Below are positions 27,539 to 35,673 of a stretch of DNA of 64,000 nucleotides, in pieces (the first letter of the stretch is position 1; the number at the start of each line of letters is the position of its first letter). The notes under the pieces are model-generated. The model ran no database searches. It saw only the letters and a list, made by a program, of their open reading frames with translations, and had not been told where the DNA came from. The stretch covers positions 160,001-224,000 of the forward strand of contig JBGARZ010000002.1 in the NCBI GenBank assembly GCA_044229975.1, given 5' to 3'. This DNA comes from Polyangiales bacterium. GTDB lineage: Bacteria; Myxococcota_A; Polyangia; Polyangiales; Ga0077539. A program made the translations under genes and the position numbers.

Positions 27539-28129
27539 ATGTACCTCAAGACCTTCCTCGAACCGAAAGTCGACCTCGAACGCCTGGCCGCGATGCTCGA
27601 CACCTGCGGCCACTGGGCGCGGGTCAACGCCGTGCGCTCGCTCTCCAACGCGCAGATGAAGGTCCTCTTCGAGGCTTGTGCTGAGACGGGCGCCCTCACG
27701 CTCGACTACATGGTTCCGACGACCGAGCCGCTCGTGGAGGTGATCCATCACGGGAAAAACGGCCTGCCCGCGTTCAACCATTTCCAGAAGCGGTTCTGTC
27801 GGCCCGACGGGGAAGACTCGGCCGACCAGCTCTGGGGCTACAACCACAACCCCGACTTCCAGATGGCCGTGACGGGCCCCGGCTACTACGTGTCGACGCT
27901 CACCGAGAAGAGCGAGGTGCTCGTCGACTACGCGCGCATCCCGCCCCGCAAGCCCGCCGCCTGGCCCGCCATCATGGGCCCCAAGGCGCGCGCTGGATTC
28001 CTCGTGTGGGACGGGATGACCGACGTGCTGCGCAAGGTTTCCGAGCACGTCACCATCGGCGCCGCCTCCAAGAACGGCAAGCTCATGGGGCAGTACTTCG
28101 CCCTCTGCCGCGAAGACCCGAAGGCCTGA
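27539..28129 (+). CDS. Hypothetical protein
   Basis: Clean 196-aa ORF with typical codon bias; function not recognised. Confidence 0.8.
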   Translation: MYLKTFLEPKVDLERLAAMLDTCGHWARVNAVRSLSNAQMKVLFEACAETGALTLDYMVPTTEPLVEVIHHGKNGLPAFNHFQKRFCRPDGEDSADQLWGYNHNPDFQMAVTGPGYYVSTLTEKSEVLVDYARIPPRKPAAWPAIMGPKARAGFLVWDGMTDVLRKVSEHVTIGAASKNGKLMGQYFALCREDPKA

Positions 28130-28177
28130 CCTGCGCGGCACTGGCGTCGCGCCTCGCTCTTGCGTAGCGTCGGCGGC

Positions 28178-30256
28178 GTGGTGGCTGATCCGAACGACCC
28201 AGGAGACCTGTCTGCGGGCGCCGAGCTGCCCGGCGCGTACACCATCGAGCTGCCGCTGCTCCAAGGCCGCACGCGGGTGATCTACAGCGCCCGCTCGCAG
28301 GACGGCACCCGCGTGGCGGTGCACCTCCTCGACCCGGGTCTCGACGAAGGTCTCGGCGAGTGGTTTCTCCAGGGAGCCCGCGGTCGCGAAGAGGTGGAGA
28401 TCCAGGGGCTCCCGCGCACCATGGAGTCCGGTCGACTCGACGACGGTCGACCCTTCGAGGTCACCGAACTCCTCGAAGGCACCTCCATGCGCGAGGCGCT
28501 CGACACCTCGCCCGAGGGCCTCGACCCGCTCGCCGTCGTGCACGTCATCAACGAGGTCGCCGCGGTGCTCGACGCGCTCCACCAGCGCAAGCCGCCGATC
28601 ATCCACCGCACCGTCTGCCCCGAGCACATGGTGGTCCTGCGCGACACCCACGAGGTGCGCCTGCTGGGGCTCTTCTACGCCGACCGGCCGCAGTTCGAGA
28701 GCGTGCGCCCCGGCTACCGCTCGCCCGAAGAGCTCGCGGGCGTCACCTCGCTCGGGCCGCGCGCGGACGTGTTCAGCCTCGCGACCGTTGCCTACGAGCT
28801 CCTCACCGGGCGCATGGCCTGGCAGCACGTCCCAGAGCTCGCGCTCGACAACATGCGGGTGGGCGTTCGCGACCGGGTGAGCGTGCTCAAGCCGACGCTT
28901 CCGACGGCGCTCGACGCCGTCTTCGAGCGGGCCTGGTCGCTCTCGCCCGACGCGCGACACTCCTCCGCGGGGAGCTTCGCGCGCGCGCTCCGTAAGGCCA
29001 TCGACCCGCTCGACCTCGCGACCGCCATGGCCTCCAACGTCTTCGACGATCGGCCCACCGCGCAGGTCCCGGAGCTGTCCTCGCGCCCGCGCCACAACAC
29101 CCTGCTCAACGCGGGCGCGGTCGCCCAGGCGATCGTTCCGCGGGCGATGCTGGGCGTGCCGCGTGCGTCGAGCGACGAGGGCGTGTCCTCTCGGCCGCCG
29201 CCCCCGCGCAAGCTGCGCGCGCCCGCCCCCACGGGCATCCGACCGACGCGCGAAAACGAGCCCGAGACCACGCCGAAGATCGCGGTGCCGCGACCCGAGG
29301 ACATCCTCGGGCCGGCCGAAACGCCCGACGAGGACGAGCCCAGGAAGACCCCCGACGCGGCCGCCCTCATGACGGCCGAGACGCCCGCGGGCACGGCGCT
29401 GCTCACGCCGGAGGTGACCGCACCCAACGATGTCGCGGCGCTGGTCGAGACCCCCACCAACGACACGGACTTCGACCGCGCCCTGCCCACGCCGACGGCT
29501 CTCTCGTCCGTCGCGCCTCCCTCGATGGAGGCCGAGACACCCGCGGCGACGGCGCAGCCGCCCGACGAGCCCACGCCGCTCGCGACGAGCGTGGCCGCCC
29601 CGGAGCCCGAGGCCGCGTCGGCCCTCGACACCGTCGTCGAACGCCCAGAGACGCCTCCCGCGCAGCCCTCGTATCGACAGAACTTCCACGACCTCCCGCC
29701 GCTCGACGAACCCACGCCGCTGCCCAACGCGCCGTCGTCGTTTCTGCCGGTGCCGTTCGCGCCGGTGGTGCCCGCGGCCCCTCCCTACGCTGCTCCGACT
29801 CCGCCGCCCGCCGAGGTCGTCGCGCCTCCTCCCCAAGTCGTTGCGCCTCCTCCCCAGGTCGTCGCGCCGGTCGCACCCGCCGAGCCTCCGATCGAGCCGC
29901 GGCCCCAGGCGTACGACCAGCGGATGCTCGCCGCGGAGCCCACGGTGGTCATCAACACTCCGCGGCCCGAGGCCGTCCCGTGGGTGCGTTCGCCCGTCGC
30001 GCTCGCGGGGCTCTTCATCGCCCATGCGCTGCTCGTCGTCGGCATCGCCCACGCGATCGCCTACGCCATGGTTCATCGGCAATCGCCGACGATCGTCACC
30101 GTCCCGGTGCCGCCGCCGGTGTGCGCTCCGTGTGCGGCCTGCGCGGTGTCGGCCGTTGCTACTCCAGCGCCACCGGTGGCTCCCCCCGTACGGGTGGCGC
30201 CTCCTGCCCGTCCGGCAGCGCGGCCTCAGATCATTCGGCGGCCGCCGCAGTTCTGA
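28178..30256 (+). CDS. Ser/Thr pseudokinase with long Pro/Thr/Glu-rich linker and TM helix
   Basis: Kinase C-lobe motifs retained (GYRSPE, RADVFSLATVAYELLTG) but VAIK>VAVH, HRDLKPEN>HRTVCPEH and DFG lost; TM helix near the C-terminus. Confidence 0.8.
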   Translation: MVADPNDPGDLSAGAELPGAYTIELPLLQGRTRVIYSARSQDGTRVAVHLLDPGLDEGLGEWFLQGARGREEVEIQGLPRTMESGRLDDGRPFEVTELLEGTSMREALDTSPEGLDPLAVVHVINEVAAVLDALHQRKPPIIHRTVCPEHMVVLRDTHEVRLLGLFYADRPQFESVRPGYRSPEELAGVTSLGPRADVFSLATVAYELLTGRMAWQHVPELALDNMRVGVRDRVSVLKPTLPTALDAVFERAWSLSPDARHSSAGSFARALRKAIDPLDLATAMASNVFDDRPTAQVPELSSRPRHNTLLNAGAVAQAIVPRAMLGVPRASSDEGVSSRPPPPRKLRAPAPTGIRPTRENEPETTPKIAVPRPEDILGPAETPDEDEPRKTPDAAALMTAETPAGTALLTPEVTAPNDVAALVETPTNDTDFDRALPTPTALSSVAPPSMEAETPAATAQPPDEPTPLATSVAAPEPEAASALDTVVERPETPPAQPSYRQNFHDLPPLDEPTPLPNAPSSFLPVPFAPVVPAAPPYAAPTPPPAEVVAPPPQVVAPPPQVVAPVAPAEPPIEPRPQAYDQRMLAAEPTVVINTPRPEAVPWVRSPVALAGLFIAHALLVVGIAHAIAYAMVHRQSPTIVTVPVPPPVCAPCAACAVSAVATPAPPVAPPVRVAPPARPAARPQIIRRPPQF
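29816..29868 (+). repeat. In-frame 21-bp tandem repeat (about 2.5 copies, VVAPPPQ)
   Basis: GTCGTCGCGCCTCCTCCCCAA / GTCGTTGCGCCTCCTCCCCAG / GTCGTCGCGCC. Confidence 0.85.
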
Positions 30257-31655
30257 CCGGCGCGGCGGCGGGCGGAAGCACGTCGAGCACGATGCGGTTG
30301 GCGGGCAGCAGGTACTGCGCGGCCACGCGGCGCACGTCTGCCAGGGTCACGGCCTCGTAGCGGGCGAGCTCACCGTTCACGACCGACGCGTCACCATCGT
30401 AGAGCTCGGACATCCCGAGAAACTCCGCGCGCTCCAGTGGTCGTTGGAGTCCGAAGACGAAGGCCGCGCGGATGTTGTTGCGGGCCTTCTCCAGCTCGCG
30501 CGCGGTGATGCCGCGGGCGACCACGTCGCGCACGATGACGTCGAAGGCGCGGCGCACCTCGGCGGGCGTGTGCCCCTGCGAGCAGATGGCCCACACCGCG
30601 AACAGATCGGGCCCGCGTCGGTCTTCGGTGTCGACGGAGATCTCGGACAGGAGCTCCCGGTCATGGACGAGCGTTCGGTAGAAGCGCGAGGACTGGCCAC
30701 CGCCCAGGACGGTCGCGAGCACTTCGAGCGCGTAGTGGTCGGGCGTGCGCCGCGGCGGGATGTGCCACGCGACGTGGAAGCCGGGCACCTCGGCGTGCGG
30801 GTCGGTCATGGACTCGGTCCGCTCGCCCGGACGTGGTTGGAAGCCAGGGTCCTGCCAGGGCTCTCCGCGGCGCGTGTGGATGTCGCCGAAGTGCCGCTGC
30901 ACCAGCGCGAGCGCCTCGGCCGGCTCGAAGTCCCCGGCGATGGCGATGACCGCGTTGTCGGGGGCGTAGAAGCGCGTATGGAAGGCGCGCACGCGGGCGA
31001 TCTGTTCGGCGGGCGCGACGCCGGGCATCTCCAGGTCGCGGACGTCGCCGATGGTGCTGTGCGAGTAGGGGAAATAGCCGTCGTAGAAGAGCTCGTCGCG
31101 CCGCAAGAACGACAGCATGTACGGGCGGTTTTCGTAGGACTGGCGACGCTCCTCCATCACCGTGAGGCGCTGGTTTTCGAAGGCCTCGGAGGTGATGGCG
31201 AGCGCGCGCATGCGGTCGGCTTCGAGCCACAACCCGAGCTCGAGCGCGTGCGCCGGGAGCTGCTCGAAGTAGTTGGTGCGGTCTTCGGACGTGGTGGCGT
31301 TGGAGTCGGCACCGACACGGGACAGGAGCCGGTCGAACTCTCCCTTGGGCAGTCCTTCGGTACCCTCGAACATCAGGTGCTCGAAGAGGTGCGCGAAGCC
31401 CGTCTGCCCCTGTGGCTCCACCCGCGCGCCGACGTCGTAGTAGAGCGCGATCGCCACGGTGGGCACCGAGTGGTCGGGCGACAGCACCACCCGCAAGCCG
31501 TTGTCGAGGCGCTCGCGCTGCACCGGGATCTGCAACGCCGCCGGCGCGGCGGGCGTCGGAGTCGTCGCGGGCGCCTGCTGGGACACCGCTGCCCCCGTGA
31601 GCAACGAACACACCGCGAACACCACAGCCCCCAGCCGACGCGCCGAACGATTCAT
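30231..31655 (-). CDS. M16 family (pitrilysin/insulinase) zinc peptidase, exported
   Basis: Signal peptide; LDNGLRV, GFAHLFEHLMF (HxxEH), NATTSEDRTNY, LEADRM, VMEERR, FYAPDNA. Confidence 0.95.
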   Translation of the reverse strand: MNRSARRLGAVVFAVCSLLTGAAVSQQAPATTPTPAAPAALQIPVQRERLDNGLRVVLSPDHSVPTVAIALYYDVGARVEPQGQTGFAHLFEHLMFEGTEGLPKGEFDRLLSRVGADSNATTSEDRTNYFEQLPAHALELGLWLEADRMRALAITSEAFENQRLTVMEERRQSYENRPYMLSFLRRDELFYDGYFPYSHSTIGDVRDLEMPGVAPAEQIARVRAFHTRFYAPDNAVIAIAGDFEPAEALALVQRHFGDIHTRRGEPWQDPGFQPRPGERTESMTDPHAEVPGFHVAWHIPPRRTPDHYALEVLATVLGGGQSSRFYRTLVHDRELLSEISVDTEDRRGPDLFAVWAICSQGHTPAEVRRAFDVIVRDVVARGITARELEKARNNIRAAFVFGLQRPLERAEFLGMSELYDGDASVVNGELARYEAVTLADVRRVAAQYLLPANRIVLDVLPPAAAPVRTAAAAE

Positions 31656-31732
31656 CGCGCGCGAAGGTACGGCAGCCTCGGCCCGCCGCCAACGCCTCCG
31701 CAGCGGCGAGCGAGCGTGGTAGTCCAGCCGAG

Positions 31733-32362
31733 GTGAAGCCCTCGCGCCGCCTTGCCCTCCTGCCGGTCGCCCTCATCACGGCGTGCGTCTCGCCAGGGCC
31801 TTCGCAGCCCGCGCGCGCTCACGACGCAGCGCCGCCCGCCCGCGCCGCCGAGAGGCCGACCCTGCCGCAGATGGTGCCCGATGACCCTGCCGCCCATGCC
31901 TGTTTCCCCGCGGACTTCGCGACCACCCGGGCCCGTGTTCGCGGCGACTACCTGGAGCTTTGCGGGCTCACCCGCGGTCGTCCCCGCTGCTACTCCGTCG
32001 ACCCGATCACGACCTTCGTGCGGGTCATCGAGGTGGCCGACGCGCCCACCGAGCTCGCGGCGCAACCAGTGTTGGAGCCACCGCTGACACGCTCCGAGCT
32101 CTCCTCCCGCGGCGCCCGCCTCGACGCGCGCGGCGGAACCCTCTCCATGATCTCCGCCTCGGGTCCGTTTCGGCCCATCGAGGCGCGCACGCTCGGGCTC
32201 ACCTCCATCGCCAACGGCGTCATGAGCCCGTGGAACGACGGGTGGTTCATCGCGGTCTTCGGCATCCGCGCGCCCGACCTCGGCGCTTCGGCCATCATCG
32301 AGACCGGCAAGATTCGACTGCGCGGTCGCGCTGCCTACAACCCCTGCCCCGCCGGAACGTGA
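31733..32362 (+). CDS. Putative lipoprotein
   Basis: Lipobox-like ALITAC after a hydrophobic stretch. Confidence 0.6.
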   Translation: MKPSRRLALLPVALITACVSPGPSQPARAHDAAPPARAAERPTLPQMVPDDPAAHACFPADFATTRARVRGDYLELCGLTRGRPRCYSVDPITTFVRVIEVADAPTELAAQPVLEPPLTRSELSSRGARLDARGGTLSMISASGPFRPIEARTLGLTSIANGVMSPWNDGWFIAVFGIRAPDLGASAIIETGKIRLRGRAAYNPCPAGT

Positions 32363-32419
32363 CGCGTCGACTGTAAGCCCCTCCGATCACCGGGCGTTCG
32401 TTGCCCAGAGGTGATCGAC

Positions 32420-33337
32420 ATGACGCGCTACTCCGCCCTGTTTCCGATGATGGTCGTGACGGCCCTGGGTTGCAGCTCCCAAGGGGCGATGTCAGCTCCC
32501 ACGGCCTACCGCTCCGGCTACGGCACCACCGCCACCGCGCAGAGCGGCGCGCGCGAGGTCACCGTCGCGAGCGTCTCGACGACGACCGCCGTGGGCGAGG
32601 ACATCTCGCCCAACGGCACCTGGGTCGACGGCTCGCGCGCCGAACCGCAGCCGTCGTCTCCTCCTGCGACGCAGGTGCCGTCGTCGCTCCGTCCCGGCCT
32701 CGCGACGCACTGGGGCGAGGACCGCTACTCCTCCGTCCGCACGACCCCCTTCGAGCGCGCCTCGGGGCGGCCCTTCGACGTCGCGACGCTCCACTACAAC
32801 GACGCCCGCCTCGCGGCGATGCAGGCGCGGCGCGAGGGCTTCCGCTGGCTCTCGATGCACCGCGACGGCATCCGCATCTCGCTGCGTGGCGAAGGGGGCG
32901 AGGTGCTCCCGGGCTTCCTCACGGGCGGCGACGCGTTCGTCATCGGGCAGCCCGGCCAGCGCTACGCCATCGTGCTGGAGAACCTCACCAACGCCCGCGT
33001 CGAGGCGGTGCTCACCGTCGACGGCCTCGACGTCATCAACGGTCAGCCGGGCAGCACCGAGAACCGCGGCTACCTCGTTCGCCCGCACGGGACCATCGTG
33101 GTCGACGGCTTCCGGCGAAGCACCACGACGGTGGCGGCGTTCAGGTTTGGTGGAGTGGAGGGGTCGTACGCCGAAGACCGGGGCTCGGCGCGCAACGTCG
33201 GGGTCATCGGTGTGGCGCTCTTCGCGGAGCGCGGCGCCGAGCTCGACCTCGAGAGCAACGAGGTCGAGCTGCGACGTCAGGCCGACCCGTTTCCGGGTGG
33301 GTTCGCGCCGCCGCCGTCGCAGCGCATCGCCGACTGA
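32420..33337 (+). CDS. Hypothetical lipoprotein
   Basis: Lipobox ALGC; globular domain GQRYAIVLEN...VLTVDGLDVING...GY...DGFRRS...AAFRF...NVGVIGVALF. Confidence 0.8.
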   Translation: MTRYSALFPMMVVTALGCSSQGAMSAPTAYRSGYGTTATAQSGAREVTVASVSTTTAVGEDISPNGTWVDGSRAEPQPSSPPATQVPSSLRPGLATHWGEDRYSSVRTTPFERASGRPFDVATLHYNDARLAAMQARREGFRWLSMHRDGIRISLRGEGGEVLPGFLTGGDAFVIGQPGQRYAIVLENLTNARVEAVLTVDGLDVINGQPGSTENRGYLVRPHGTIVVDGFRRSTTTVAAFRFGGVEGSYAEDRGSARNVGVIGVALFAERGAELDLESNEVELRRQADPFPGGFAPPPSQRIAD

Positions 33338-33340
33338 GCG

Positions 33341-33814
33341 TCAGCTCTCGCTGATCTGCTGGGCGAGGTAGTTGGCCTCGCCGATCTGCGCGATGAGACC
33401 GAGCTGCGTCTCCAGCCAGTCGGCGTGCTCTTCCTCGCTCACGAGGATGTCCCGCAGCAGCGCCTCGGAGCCGTGGTCGTTGTGGTCGCGGCAGAGCTTG
33501 AGGCCGTCGTTGAGCCGGGCGAGCGCCTCGGTCTCCAGCGCGAGGTCGAGGCGAAACTGCTCGCCCACCGACTCGCCCACGTTGACCTTGTTGAGCCGCT
33601 GAAGGTTCGGCACGCCTTCGAGGTACAGGATCCGCTCGATGATCCGGTCGGCGTGCTTCATCTCGTCGATGGACTCCTTCTTCACGTAGTCCGCCAGCCG
33701 GAGATAACCCCAGTTGCGGCACATCTTCGCGTGGATGAAGTACTCGTTGATGGCAGTGAGCTCGGCCGTCAAGACGGCGTTGAGCAGGTCGAGAATCGCA
33801 GCGTGACCCTTCAT
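33341..33814 (-). CDS. bfr: Bacterioferritin
   Basis: MKG...[21 protein letters not shown] (heme Met), [23 protein letters not shown]. Confidence 0.97.
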   Translation of the reverse strand: MKGHAAILDLLNAVLTAELTAINEYFIHAKMCRNWGYLRLADYVKKESIDEMKHADRIIERILYLEGVPNLQRLNKVNVGESVGEQFRLDLALETEALARLNDGLKLCRDHNDHGSEALLRDILVSEEEHADWLETQLGLIAQIGEANYLAQQISES

Positions 33815-33893
33815 GGCAACCTCCGACGAGACGCCTACCAGAGCACCGCGCGCCCGGCTCGGAAATAGCTCTTTCTGTCGGTGATTCGCGTTC

Positions 33894-34103
33894 TCAGCCG
33901 GTCATCAACATCGGCAGCCGCACACCCCCGCGTGCAGTCACTGGCGACTCCTCTTCGATCATCTCCTCGATCATGTCGCGACACGAACCGCAGTCAGTGC
34001 CCGCGCCGCACGCGCGCCCCACGGCCTCGACGGTCTCGGCCCCGTCGGCGATCACCGATCGAATCCTGCTGCATCGCACGCCATGACAGACACACACGAT
34101 CAT
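33894..34103 (-). CDS. bfd: Bacterioferritin-associated [2Fe-2S] ferredoxin
   Basis: MIVCVCHGV...GAGTDCGSC; directly upstream of bfr. Confidence 0.93.
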   Translation of the reverse strand: MIVCVCHGVRCSRIRSVIADGAETVEAVGRACGAGTDCGSCRDMIEEMIEEESPVTARGGVRLPMLMTG

Positions 34104-34141
34104 CGGGAGCGCATCTCCGGTTGAGGTGCTCCGAGATATAC

Positions 34142-34163
34142 TGAGACCAGTTCTCGTTTTCAA
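34142..34163. promoter_or_regulatory. Putative Fur-box-like operator
   Basis: Minus strand reads TTGAAAACGAGAACTGGTCTCA, an AT-rich site about 40 nt upstream of bfd. By my count it matches the classic GATAATGATAATCATTATC box at 11/19; bfd is commonly Fur-repressed. Confidence 0.5.
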
Positions 34164-34266
34164 GCCCGGTGTGGGCGATGGTCATTCGCTCCCGTGCTGG
34201 AGTAGGCTGCGTCGGTGATTCGGGCGGAACCAACCATCGACCCCAACCGGGATCGGTAGCGCTCTC

Positions 34267-35664
34267 ATGGCCGCGTCGGAGCGAAACAACCGGATCGTGC
34301 GCGACGGCCCGGACCCCCTCATCGGGGTCGAGGTCAACGGGAAGTTTCGGGTCATCGAGGAGGTCGCCGCCGGGGGGATGGGCAAGATCTACCGGGCCGA
34401 GCAGCTCCCGCTGGGGCGCGTCGTCGCGGTGAAGGTCCTGCACTCGCGCTTCACCGAGTCGCCGGACGACCCGGCCTTCCGCAAGCGCTTCTTCCTGGAG
34501 GCGAGCATCCTCTCGAAGCTCCAGCACCCCAACATCGTGACGGTGTTTGACTACGGTCGCATCGAGACCGTCGCCGACGAGGCGTACTTCATGGCGATGG
34601 AGTACCTCCCCGGCGAGACGCTCCATAGGCGCCTGAAGCGCGAGGGCGCGTTGCCTACCGAGACCACCATCTCGGTGATTCGTCAGATCGCCAAGGGCCT
34701 GCGGGAGGCCCACCGACACGACGTCGTGCATCGCGACCTCAAGCCCGCCAACGTGATGCTCTCGCCCGACGAGGCCGGCGACGAGTCGGTGAAGATCCTC
34801 GACTTCGGCCTCGTGAAGGTGCTCCGCGACGACTCCGAGGAGCTCACCAAGGAGGGGTCGTTTCTGGGGTCGCCCCGGTACATGTCACCCGAGCAGATCG
34901 CTCACGGGCGCGTCGATCTTCGCGCCGACATCTACTCGCTCGGCGTGATCCTCTACCAGTGCCTCTGCGGCAAGGCGCCGTTCGAGGCCGAGCACTCGGT
35001 GCACATCCTCATGGCGCACCTCCACGCGCCGGTTCCGCCCTTCGCCGAGCGCAGCCCCGGTGTGGTGGTCCCCGAGCCGCTCGGGGCGCTGGCGATGCGG
35101 TGCCTCGCCAAACAACCCGACGGCAGACCCGCGAGCATGGATGAGTTTCTCCACGTGCTGCGGGAGTGCGAGGTCGCGCTCGGCATCGAGACGCGACCGT
35201 CGGCGCTCACCGATCGCTCGCTCGCGGCGGCGCGTACGCCATCACTCGCCGCGCCGCGCATGCCGTCGCCCGCCCCAGCGGTCGTCGCGCCCGCCCTCCC
35301 CACGGCCACGAATCCCGACGGCCAACCCGTTGCTCCGAAGCGCCGCTCCGCGGCCATCGTCCTTGGCCTCGTCGCGCTGTGCCTGCTCGGCGTCGCGCTT
35401 GGTCTGCTGCTTCGTTCACGCCTGACCGATGTGCCCGTCGCGTCCGCACCGATCGCCCCTCCGACGCAGCCCCCGACGTCGCGGCCGGCGATCGATCCCG
35501 CTCCGCCGATGGCGCCCGCGGCACCGGAGCTCGTGCCCGCCCCGGTCGCCGAACCGACGCCCGTCATCGCGCGACCCGCTCCGATCGACCCGCCGCGCCG
35601 TCGCCCTCCGCGACCTCCGCGCTCGACCAACCCGGTGGACCAAGACATCAGACTGCATCGGTGA
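34267..35664 (+). CDS. Membrane Ser/Thr protein kinase
   Basis: AAGGMGKIY, VAVK, HRDLKPAN, DFG, YMSPE; TM helix AAIVLGLVALCLLGVALGLLL; Pro-rich tail. Confidence 0.96.
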   Translation: MAASERNNRIVRDGPDPLIGVEVNGKFRVIEEVAAGGMGKIYRAEQLPLGRVVAVKVLHSRFTESPDDPAFRKRFFLEASILSKLQHPNIVTVFDYGRIETVADEAYFMAMEYLPGETLHRRLKREGALPTETTISVIRQIAKGLREAHRHDVVHRDLKPANVMLSPDEAGDESVKILDFGLVKVLRDDSEELTKEGSFLGSPRYMSPEQIAHGRVDLRADIYSLGVILYQCLCGKAPFEAEHSVHILMAHLHAPVPPFAERSPGVVVPEPLGALAMRCLAKQPDGRPASMDEFLHVLRECEVALGIETRPSALTDRSLAAARTPSLAAPRMPSPAPAVVAPALPTATNPDGQPVAPKRRSAAIVLGLVALCLLGVALGLLLRSRLTDVPVASAPIAPPTQPPTSRPAIDPAPPMAPAAPELVPAPVAEPTPVIARPAPIDPPRRRPPRPPRSTNPVDQDIRLHR

Positions 35665-35673
35665 AGCAACCCC

